A stretch of 64,000 nt of DNA from contig CAXIUT010000103.1 of the NCBI GenBank assembly GCA_964035545.1, positions 124,001-188,000 on the forward strand. Direction: 5' to 3'. Source of the stretch: Bugula neritina (lineage: Eukaryota > Animalia > Bryozoa). This document shows positions 36,414-48,900 of the stretch, piece after piece. The notes under the pieces are model-generated. The model had not been told where the DNA came from. It saw nothing but the letters and a program-made list of their open reading frames with translations, and searched no databases. Positions within the stretch are counted from its first letter, which is position 1, and each line of letters opens with the position of its first letter. Made by a program: the position numbers and the translations under genes.

Positions 36414-39400
36414 CCAAATGCAAGATAGGTGTGTTGGGAGTTATCTTTCCCAAAATTTTGTTCTTGGTGTTTATACGAAGCAGACACAGGCTAATATTAG
36501 TTTTGTTATTTGTAAGAGTTTTTCTGTCTGATTGTCCATCAGCAAAAGTTTGGCCTTGCAGTTATTATGGAAATACCAGTGATGCTGGAAGACCTTTGCA
36601 TTGTACACCCGCCTTTACTATTGAATTTAGATGTTTTATTTTCCCATCCCCTCTCCTGCCCCCCTGTCCCCTCTAACAACCAGCAATCCTGACTCATGTG
36701 AATTGTGTTATTGTTCTAGAGTTGGCCCATGGGCCTACAGTATACGATTTGAAGCTTTATAGTTTACAGGCAGTGGAGATGAGTCACTGCTAAAACCCAT
36801 TTTGTTAGTAGACTATATTGCTCTTCAATCATCAGTTTTCATATTAAAAGAGAAAGCTCATCTGCAGCGCCATTTCACAGTGTTTTATTTTGCCAGAGCG
36901 ATAACTAATTTTAGATGCCTTTGCAAACATATGAGAAATAAATGAGTCATTCTATGAAAAGAGGTGTTTGCAGCAATTGTCCACTTTTGATTTACAAGCG
37001 GCATGGAAACTTTTGTCGTTTTAAATAATATCACCAAACTCATCACTTGCATGTTTTTATAGACTTGATAAATTTTTTTATGCAAAACTTGATGCCTGCT
37101 TCAAAGATACCAGTGCTTAATTACTGTGTTAACTGTATTGGCACGTTGCCATGAGATATTTGGTAATATTTCACATCACAACAAACTCTTCAGAAAGTTA
37201 AGAAAATCAGTCTAGAAAGTTAATGAAATAAACCTACCAGAAAGAGTGAGCCAGATATAACAAGTAGATCCAAAACAATTAGTTGATTAACAATTGAAGT
37301 TGAAATCTCCATGTAGTCAACACTTTAGTCCTAATGTCAAATGCAAACGTCTGCAACCAAACTGTGTAGACTTCATGAGCTGGTTAGCTGAAAGGACTCA
37401 TTAAAGTTCTTAACTCTTGTGTGTATAGTGATGCCCATCTTGAACTAGAGAGGGCTGACTGAAGACTGCTACTTTGTGAAAATTGACAATGCATATTATT
37501 ATTATTCATTGTTGAGATTCACGACTGCCATAAACAATGATAAAATATTCATTGTTGGTACTACTGAGTAGATTAAAATATAATATAATATTATTTTCTG
37601 GACAAATAAATAATATCAAATGCATATTATAACTTACCATAAATCTACAGTGCTTCACATCTTCACCTTTTTCTGCAATGTTATTTCTTTGCAGTTAGAA
37701 GTACTAGCTGAATATATGACTATGAAACATAACCCTTCAATTTCATTGCACCAGCATCAGTTGCAAGATAGGTGTGTTGGGAGTTATCTTTCCCAAAATT
37801 TTGTTCTTGGTGTTTATACGAAGCAGACACAGGCTAATATTAGTTTTGTTATTTGCAAGAGTTTTTCTGTCTGATTGTCCATCAGCAAAAGTTTGGCCTT
37901 GCAGTTATTATGGAAATACCAGTGATGCTGGAAGACCTTTGCATTGTACACCCGCCTTTACTATTGAATTTAGATGTTTTATTTTCCCATCCCCTCTCCT
38001 GCCCCCCTGTCCCCTCTAACAACCAGCAATCCTGACTCATGTGAATTGTGTTATTGTTCTAGAGTTGGCCCATGGGCCTACAGTATACGATTTGAAGCTT
38101 TATAGTTTACAGGCAGTGGAGATGAGTCACTGCTAAAACCCATTTTGTTAGTAGACTATATTGCTCTTCAATCATCAGTTTTCATATTAAAAGAGAAAGC
38201 TCATCTGCAGCGCCATTTCACAGTGTTTTATTTTGCCAGAGCGATAACTAATTTTAGATGCCTTTGCAAACATATGAGAAATAAATGAGTCATTCTATGA
38301 AAAGAGGTGTTTGCAGCAATTGTCCACTTTTGATTTACAAGCGGCATGGAAACTTTTGTCGTTTTAAATAATATCACCAAACTCATCACTTGCATGTTTT
38401 TATAGACTTGATAAATTTTTTTATGCAAAACTTGATGCCTGCTTCAAAGATACCAGTGCTTAATTACTGTGTTAACTGTATTGGCACGTTGCCATGAGAT
38501 ATTTGGTAATATTTCACATCACAACAAACTCTTCAGAAAGTTAAGAAAATCAGTCTAGAAAGTTAATGAAATAAACCTACCAGAAAGAGTGAGCCAGATA
38601 TAACAAGTAGATCCAAAACAATTAGTTGATTAACAATTGAAGTTGAAATCTCCATGTAGTCAACACTTTAGTCCTAATGTCAAATGCAAACGTCTGCAAC
38701 CAAACTGTGTAGACTTCATGAGCTGGTTAGCTGAAAGGACTCATTAAAGTTCTTAACTCTTGTGTGTATAGTGATGCCCATCTTGAACTAGAGAGGGCTG
38801 ACTGAAGACTGCTACTTTGTGAAAATTGACAATGCATATTATTATTATTCATTGTTGAGATTCACGACTGCCATAAACAATGATAAAATATTCATTGTTG
38901 GTACTACTGAGTAGATTAAAATATAATATAATATTATTTTCTGGACAAATAAATAATATCAAATGCATATTATAACTTACCATAAATCTACAGTGCTTCA
39001 CATCTTCACCTTTTTCTGCAATGTTATTTCTTTGCAGTTAGAAGTACTAGCTGAATATATGACTATGAAACATAACCCTTCAATTTCATTGCACCAGCAT
39101 CAGTTGCAAGATAGGTGTGTTGGGAGTTATCTTTCCCAAAATTTTGTTCTTGGTGTTTATACGAAGCAGACACAGGCTAATATTAGTTTTGTTATTTGCA
39201 AGAGTTTTTCTGTCTGATTGTCCATCAGCAAAAGTTTGGCCTTGCAGTTATTATGGAAATACCAGTGATGCTGGAAGACCTTTGCATTGTACACCCGCCT
39301 TTACTATTGAATTTAGATGTTTTATTTTCCCATCCCCTCTCCTGCCCCCCTGTCCCCTCTAACAACCAGCAATCCTGACTCATGTGAATTGTGTTATTGT

Positions 39401-42400
39401 TCTAGAGTTGGCCCATGGGCCTACAGTATACGATTTGAAGCTTTATAGTTTACAGGCAGTCGAGATGAGTCACTGCTAAAACCCATTTTGTTAGTAGACT
39501 ATATTGCTCTTCAATTATCAGTTTTCATATTAAAAGAGAAAGCTCATCTGCAGCGCCATTTCACAGTGTTATATTTTGCTAGAGCAATAACTAATTTTAG
39601 ATGCCTTTGCAAACATATGAGAAATAAATGAGTCATTCTATGAAAAGAGGTGTTTGCAGCAATTGTCCACTTTTGATTTACAAGCGGCATGGAAACTTTT
39701 GTCGTTTTAAATAATATCACCAAACTCATCACTTGCATGTTTTTATAGACTTGATAAATTTTTTTATGCAAAACTTGATGCCTGCTTCAAAGATACCAGT
39801 GCTTAATTACTGTGTTAACTGTATTGGCACGTTGCCATGAGATATTTGGTAATATTTCGCATCACAACAAACTCTTCAGAAAGTTAAGAAAATCAGTCTA
39901 GAAAGTTAATGAAATAAACCTACCAGAAAGAGTGAGCCAGATGTAACAAGTAGATCCAAAACAATTAGTTGATTAACAATTGAAGTTGAAATCTCCATGT
40001 AGTCAACACTTTAGTCCTAATGTCAAATGCAAACGTCTGCAACCAAACTGTGTAGACTTCATGAGCTGGTTAGCTGAAAGGACTCATTAAAGTTCTTAAC
40101 TCTTGTGTGTATAGTGATGCCCATCTTGAACTAGAGAGGGCTGACTGAAGACTGCTACTTTGTGAAAATTGACAATGCATATTATTATTATTCATTGTTG
40201 AGATTCACGACTGCCATAAACAATGATAAAATATTCATTGTTGGTACTACTGAGTAGATTAAAATATAATATAATATTATTTTCTGGACAAATAAATAAT
40301 ATCAAATGCATATTATAACTTACCATAAATCTACAGTGCTTCACACCTTCACTTTTTTCTGCAATGTTATTTCTTTGCAGTTAGAAGTACTAGTTGAAAA
40401 TATGACTATGAAACATAACCCTTCAATTTCATTGCACCAGCACCAAATGCAAGATAGGTGTGTTGGGAGTTATCTTTCCCAAAATTTTGTTCTTGGTGTT
40501 TATACGAAGCAGACACAGGCTAATATTAGTTTTGTTATTTGTAAGAGTTTTTCTGTCTGATTGTCCATCAGCAAAAGTTTGGCCTTGCAGTTATTATGGA
40601 AATACCAGTGATGCTGGAAGACCTTTGCATTGTACACCCGCCTTTACTATTGAATTTAGATGTTTTATTTTCCCATCCCCTCTCCTGCCCCCCTGTCCCC
40701 TCTAACAACCAGCAATCCTGACTCATGTGAATTGTGTTATTGTTCTAGAGTTGGCCCATGGGCCTACAGTATACGATTTGAAGCTTTATAGTTTACAGGC
40801 AGTGGAGATGAGTCACTGCTAAAACCCATTTTGTTAGTAGACTATATTTCTCTTCAATCATCAGTTTTCATATTAAAAGAGAAAGCTCATCTGCAGCGCC
40901 ATTTCACAGTGTTTTATTTTGCTAGAGCGATAACTAATTTTAGATGCCTTTGCAAACATATGAGAAATGAATGAGTCATTCTATGAAAAGAGGTGTTGGC
41001 AGCAATTGTCCACTTTTGATTTACAAGCGGCATGGAAACTTTTGTCGTTTTAAATAATATCACCAAACTCATCACTTGCATGTTTTTATAGACTTGATAA
41101 ATTTTTTTATGCAAAACTTGATGCCTGCTTCAAAGATACCAGTGCTTAATTACTGTGTTAACTGTATTGGCACGTTGCCATGAGATATTTGGTAATATTT
41201 CACATCACAACAAACTCTTCAGAAAGTTAAGAAAATCAGTCTAGAAAGTTAATGAAATAAACCTACCAGAAAGAGTGAGCCAGATGTAACAAGTAGATCC
41301 AAAACAATTAGTTGATTAACAATTGAAGTTGAAATCTCCATGTAGTCAACACTTTAGTCCTAATGTCAAATGCAAACGTCTGCAACCAAACTGTGTAGAC
41401 TTCATGAGCTGGTTAGCTGAAAGGACTCATTAAAGTTCTTAACTCTTGTGTGTATAGTGATGCCCATCTTGAACTAGAGAGGGCTGACTGAAGACTGCTA
41501 CTTTGTGAAAATTGACAATGCATATTATTATTATTCATTGTTGAGATTCACGACTGCCATAAACAATGATAAAATATTCATTGTTGGTACTACTGAGTAG
41601 ATTAAAATATAATATAATATTATTTTCTGGACAAATAAATAATATCAAATGCATATTATAACTTACCATAAATCTACAGTGCTTCACATCTTCACTTTTT
41701 TCTGCAATGTTATTTCTTTGCAGTTAGAAGTACTAGTTGAAAATATGACTATGAAACATAACCCTTCAATTTCATTGCACCAGCACCAGTTGCAAGATAG
41801 GTGTGTTGGGAGTTATCTTTCCCAAAATTTTGTTCTTGGTGTTTATACGAAGCAGACACAGGCTAATATTAGTTTTGTTATTTGCAAGAGTTTTTCTGTC
41901 TGATTGTCCGTCAGCAAAAGTTTGCGCCTTGCAGTTATTATGGAAATACCAGTGATGCTGGAAGACCTTTGCATTGTACATCCGCTTTTACTATTGAATT
42001 TAGATGTTTTATTTTCCCATCCCCTCTCCTGCCCCCCTGTCCCCTCTAACAACCAGCAATCCTGACTCATGTGAATTGTGTTATTGTTCTAGAGTTGGCC
42101 AATGGGCCTACAGTATACGATTTGAAGCTTTATAGTTTACAGGCAGTGGAGATGAGTCACTGCTGAAACCCATTTTATTAGTAGACTATATTGCTCTTCA
42201 ATCATCAGTTTTCATATTAAAAGAGAAAGCTCATCTGCAGCACCATTTCTCAGTGTTATATTTTGCTAGAGCAATAACTAATTTTAGGTGCCTTTGCAAA
42301 CATGTGAGAAATAACTGAGTCATTCTATGAAAAGAGGTGTTTGCAGCACTTGTCCACTTTTGATTTACACGCGGCATGGAAACTTTTGTAGTTTTAAATA

Positions 42401-42900
42401 GTATCTCCAAACTCATCACTTGCATGCGTTTAGATACTTGATGAAAATTTTTATGCATAACTTGATGCCTGCTTCAAAGACACCAGTGCTTAGTTACTGT
42501 GTTAAATGTATTGGCACGTTGCCATGAGATATTTGGTAATATTTCGCATCACAACAAACTCTTCAGAAAGTTAAGAAAATCAGTCTAGAAAGTTAATGAA
42601 ATAAACCTACCAGAAAGAGTAAGCCAGATGTAACAAGTAGATCCAAAACAATTAGTTGATTAACAATTGAAGTTGAAATCTCCATGTAGTCAACACTTTA
42701 GTCCTAATGTCAAATGCAAACGTCTGCAACCAAACTGTGTAGACTTCATGAGCTGGTTAGCTGAAAGGACTCATTAAAGTTCTTAACTCTTGTGTGTATA
42801 GTGATGCCCATCTTGAACTAGAGAGGGCTGACTGAAGACTGCTACTTTGTGAAAATTGACAATGCATATTATTATTATTCATTGTTGAGATTCACGACTG
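36414..42900. repeat. Subfamily A block (~4.8 units) containing a divergent 'C' patch at 42250-42506
   Basis: A alleles from ~36416; switch to B between ~42834 and 42937. Confidence 0.9.
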
Positions 42901-45900
42901 CCATAAACAATGATAAAATATTCATTGTTGGTACTAGTGAGTAGAATAAAATATAATATAATATTTTCTTGACAGATAAATAATATCATATACAGAATCT
43001 AATTTACCATAACTCTACAGTGCTTCACCTCTTTAACTTTTTCGGCAATGTTATTCCTTTCTAGTTAGAAGTACTAGCTGAATATAGGACTATGAAACAT
43101 AACCCTTCAATTTCATTGCACCAGCACCGTTCTCAAGAAAGGTGTGGTGGGAGTTATCTTTCCTAAAATTTTGTTCCTGGCGTTTATACGAAGCAGACAC
43201 AGGCTAATATTAGTTTAGTTATTTGAAAGAGTTTTGCTGTCATATTGTCCATCAGCAGGAGCTGACGCCTTGCGGTTATTATGGAAATACCAGCGATGCT
43301 GGAAGACCTTTGCATTGTACACCCGCCTTTACTATTGAATTTAGATGTTTTATTTTCCCCTCCCCTCTCCCTCCCCCCTGTCCCCTCTAACAACCAGTAA
43401 TCCTGCCTCATGTAAAATGTGTTATTGTTTTAGAGTTGGACCATGGGCCTACAGTATACGATTTGAAGCTTCATAGTTTACAGGCAGTCGAGATGAGTCA
43501 TTGCTGAAACCAATTTTTATTAGTAGACTATATTGCTCTTCAATCATCAGTTTTCATATTAAAACAGAAAGCTCATCCGCCGCACCATTTCACAGTGTTA
43601 TATTTTGCTAGAGCAATAACTAATTTTAGATGCCTTTGCAAACATATGAGAAATAAATGAGTCATTCTATGAAAAGAGGTGTTTGCAGCAATTGTCCACT
43701 TTTGATTTAGACGCGGCATGGAAACTTTTGTAGTTTTAAATAATATCTCCAAACTCATCACTTGCATGTGTTTAGATACTTGATAAAGTTTTGTATGCAA
43801 AATTTGATGCCTGCTTCAATGACACCAGTGCTTAATTACTGTGTTAACTGTATTGGCACAATGCCATGAGATATTTGGTAATATTTCGCATCACAACAAA
43901 CTCTTCAGAAAATGAAGAAAATCAGTCTAGAAAGTTAATGAAATAAACCTACCAGAGAGAGTAAGCCAGATGTGACAAGTTGATCCAAAACAAGTTGATT
44001 AACAGTTGAAGTTGAAGTCTCCATGTAGTGAACACTTTAGTCCTAATGTCAAATGCAAACGTCTGCTACCAAACTGTGTAGACTTCATGAGCTGGTTAGC
44101 TGACAGGACTCATTAAAGTTCTTAACTCTTGTGTGTATGGTGATGCCCATCTTGAACTAGAGAGGGCTGACTAAAGACTGCTACTTTGTGAAAATTGACA
44201 ATGCATATTATTATTATTCATTGTTGAGATTCACGACTGCCATAAACAATGATAAATTATTCATTGTTGGTACTAGTGAGTAAATTAAAATATAATATAA
44301 TATTTTCTTGACAGATAAATAATATCGTATACAGAATCTAACTTACCATAACTCTAAAGTGCTTCACCTCTTCAAATTTTTCGGCAATGTTATTTCTTTC
44401 TAGTTAGAAGTACTAGCTGAATATAGGACTATGAAACATAACCCTTCAATTTCATTGCACCAGCACCGGTTGCAAGATAGGTGTGGTGGGAGTTATCTTT
44501 CCTAAAATTTCGTTCTTGGCGTTTATACGAAGCAGACACAGGCTAATATTAGTTTAGTTATTTGAAAGAGTTTTGCTGTCATATTGTCCATCAGCAGGAG
44601 CTGACGCCTTGCAGTTATTATGGAAATACCAGTGATGCTGGAAGACCTTTGCATTGTACACCCGCCTTTACTATTGAATTTAGATGTTTTATTTTCCCCT
44701 CCCCTCTCCCTCCCCCCTGTCCCCTCTAACAACCAGTAATCCTGACTCATGTAAAATGTGTTATTGTTTTAGAGTTGGACCATGGGCCTAGAGTATACGA
44801 TTTGAAGCTTTATAGTTTACAGGCAGTCGAGATGAGTCATTGCTGAAACCAATTTTTATTAGTAGACTATATTGCTCTTCAATCATCAGTTTTCATATTA
44901 AAACAGAAAGCTCATCCGCCGCACCATTTCACAGTGTTATATTTTGCTAGAGCAATAACTAATTTTAGATGCCTTTGCAAACATATGAGAAATAAATGAG
45001 TCATTCTATGAAAAGAGGTGTTTGCAGCAATTGTCCACTTTTGATTTAGACGCGGCATGGAAACTTTTGTAGTTTTAAATAATATCTCCAAACTCATCAC
45101 TTGCATGTGTTTAGATACTTGATAAAGTTTTGTATGCAAAATTTGATGCCTGCTTCAATGACACCAGTGCTTAATTACTGTGTTAACTGTATTGGCACAA
45201 TGCCATGAGATATTTGGTAATATTTCGCATCACAACAAACTCTTCAGAAAATTAAGAAAATCAGTCTAGAAAGTTAATGAAATAAACCTACCAGAGAGAA
45301 TAAGCCAGATGTGACAAGTTGATCCAAAACAAGTTGATTAACAGTTGAAGTTGAAGTCTCCATGTAGTGAACACTTTAGTCCTAATGTCAAATGCAAACG
45401 TCTGCAACCAAACTGTGTAGACTTCATGAGCTGGTTAGCTGACAGGACTCATTAAAGTTCTTAACTCTTGTGTGTATGGTGATGCCCATCTTGAACTAGA
45501 GAGGGCTGACTAAAGACTGCTACTTTGTGAAAATTGACAATGCATATTATTATTATTCATTGTTGAGATTCACGACTGCCATAAACAATGATAAATTATT
45601 CATTGTTGGTACTAGTGAGTAAATTAAAATATAATATAATATTTTCTTGACAGATAAATAATATCGTATACAGAATCTAACTTACCATAACTCTAAAGTG
45701 CTTCACCTCTTCAAATTTTTCGGCAATGTTATTTCTTTCTAGTTAGAAGTACTAGCTGAATATAGGACTATGAAACATAACCCTTCAATTTCATTGCACC
45801 AGCACCGGTTGCAAGATAGGTGTGGTGGGAGTTATCTTTCCTAAAATTTCGTTCTTGGCGTTTATACGAAGCAGACACAGGCTAATATTAGTTTAGTTAT

Positions 45901-48900
45901 TTGAAAGAGTTTTGCTGTCATATTGTCCATCAGCAGGAGCATGCGCCTTGCAGTTATTATGGAAATACCAGTGATGCTGGAAGACCTTTGCATTGTACAC
46001 CCGCCTTTACTATTGAATTTAGATGTTTTATTTTCCCCTCCCCTCTCCCTCCCCCCTGTCCCCTCTAACAACCAGTAATCCTGACTCATGTAAAATGTGT
46101 TATTGTTTCAGAGTTGGACCATGGGCCTACAGTATACGATTTGAAGCTTCATAGTTTACAGGCAGTCGAGATGAGTCATTGCTGAAACCAATTTTTATTA
46201 GTAGACTATATTGCTCTTCAATCATCAGTTTTCATATTAAAAGAGAAATCTCATCTGCAGCACCATTTCACAGTGTTATTTTTTGCTAGAGCAATAACTA
46301 ATTTTAGATCCCTTTGCAAACATATGAGAAATAAATGAGTCATTCTATGAAAAGAGGTGTTTGCAGCAATTGTCCACTTTTGATTTAGACGCGGCATGGA
46401 AACTCTTGTAGTTTTAAATAATATCTCCAAACTCATCACTTGCATGTGTTTAGATACTTGATAAAGTTTTGTATGCAAAATTTGATGCCTGCTTCAATGA
46501 CACCAGTGCTTAATTACTGTGTTAACTGTATTGGCACAATGCCATGAGATATTTGGTAATATTTCGCATCACAACAAACTCTTCAGAAAATTAAGAAAAT
46601 CAGTCTAGAAAGTTAATGAAATAAACCTACCAGAGAGAATAAGCCAGATGTGACAAGTTGATCCAAAACAAGTTGATTAACAGTTGAAGTTGAAGTCTCC
46701 ATGTAGTGAACACTTTAGTCCTAATGTCAAATGCAAACGTCTGCAACCAAACTGTGTAGACTTCATGAGCTGGTTAGCTGACAGGACTCATTAAAGTTCT
46801 TAACTCTTGTGTGTATGGTGATGCCCATCTTGAACTAGAGAGGGCTGACTAAAGACTGCTACTTTGTGAAAATTGACAATGCATATTATTATTATTCATT
46901 GTTGAGATTCACGACTGCCATAAACAATGATAAATTATTCATTGTTGGTACTAGTGAGTAAATTAAAATATAATATAATATTTTCTTGACAGATAAATAA
47001 TATCGTATACAGAATCTAACTTACCATAACTCTACAGTGCTTCACCTCTTCAAATTTTTCGGCAATGTTATTTCTTTCTAGTTAGAAGTACTAGCTGAAT
47101 ATAGGACTATGAAACATAACCCTTCAATTTCATTGCACCAGCACCGGTTGCAAGATAGGTGTGGTGGGAGTTATCTTTCCTAAAATTTCGTTCTTGGCGT
47201 TTATACGAAGCAGACACAGGCTAATATTAGTTTAGTTATTTGAAAGAGTTTTGCTGTCATATTGTCCATCAGCAGGAGCATGCGCCTTGCAGTTATTATG
47301 GAAATACCAGTGATGCTGGAAGACCTTTGCATTGTACACCCGCCTTTACTATTGAATTTAGATGTTTTATTTTCCCCTCCCCTCTCCCTCCCCCCTGTCC
47401 CCTCTAACAACCAGTAATCCTGACTCATGTAAAATGTGTTATTGTTTTAGAGTTGGACCATGGGCCTAGAGTATACGATTTGAAGCTTTATAGTTTACAG
47501 GCAGTCGAGATGAGTCATTGCTGAAACCAATTTTTATTAGTAGACTATATTGCTCTTCAATCATCAGTTTTCATATTAAAACAGAAAGCTCATCCGCCGC
47601 ACCATTTCACAGTGTTATATTTTGCTAGAGCGATAACTAATTTTAGATGCCTTTGCAAACATATGAGAAATGAATGAGTCATTCTATGAAAAGAGGTGTT
47701 TGCAGCAATTGTCCACTTTTGATTTACAAGCGGCATGGAAACTTTTGTCGTTTTAAATAATATCACCAAACTCATCACTTGCATGTTTTTATAGACTTGA
47801 TAAATTTTTTTATGCAAAACTTGATGCCTGCTTCAAAGATACCAGTGCTTAATTACTGTGTTAACTGTATTGGCACGTTGCCATGAGATATTTGGTAATA
47901 TTTCACATCACAACAAACTCTTCAGAAAGTTAAGAAAATCAGTCTAGAAAGTTAATGAAATAAACCTACCAGAAAGAGTGAGCCAGATGTAACAAGTAGA
48001 TCCAAAACAATTAGTTGATTAACAATTGAAGTTGAAATCTCCATGTAGTCAACACTTTAGTCCTAATGTCAAATGCAAACGTCTGCAACCAAACTGTGTA
48101 GACTTCATGAGCTGGTTAGCTGAAAGGACTCATTAAAGTTCTTAACTCTTGTGTGTATAGTGATGCCCATCTTGAACTAGAGAGGGCTGACTGAAGACTG
48201 CTACTTTGTGAAAATTGACAATGCATATTATTATTATTCATTGTTGAGATTCACGACTGCCATAAACAATGATAAAATATTCATTGTTGGTACTACTGAG
48301 TAGATTAAAATATAATATAATATTATTTTCTGGACAAATAAATAATATCAAATGCATATTATAACTTACCATAAATCTACAGTGCTTCACATCTTCACTT
48401 TTTTCTGCAATGTTATTTCTTTGCAGTTAGAAGTACTAGTTGAAAATATGACTATGAAACATAACCCTTCAATTTCATTGCACCAGCACCAGTTGCAAGA
48501 TAGGTGTGTTGGGAGTTATCTTTCCCAAAATTTTGTTCTTGGTGTTTATACAAAGCAGACACAGGCTAATATTAGTTTTGTTATTTGCAAGAGTTTTTCT
48601 GTCTGATTGTCCGTCAGCAAAAGTTTGCGCCTTGCAGTTATTATGGAAATACCAGTGATGCTGGAAGACCTTTGCATTGTACATCCGCTTTTACTATTGA
48701 ATTTAGATGTTTTATTTTCCCATCCCCTCTCCTGCCCCCCTGTCCCCTCTAACAACCAGCAATCCTGACTCATGTGAATTGTGTTATTGTTCTAGAGTTG
48801 GCCCATGGGCCTACAGTATACGATTTGAAGCTTTATAGGTTACAGGCAGTGGAGATGAGTCACTGCTGAAACCCATTTTATTAGTAGACTATATTGCTCT

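Larger units (their letters stand above)
31146..39195. repeat. Higher-order tandem duplication of a 3-unit (4025-bp) B+A+A block
   Basis: ORF variants and SNPs recur at exactly +4025 (31496/35521, 32406/36431, 33595/37620). Confidence 0.9.

Noticed and set aside
44509-44525. CENP-B-box-like TTCGTTCTTGGCGTT in B2/B3
   Set aside because: Only 6 of the 9 essential positions match; the central A and terminal GG are missing.
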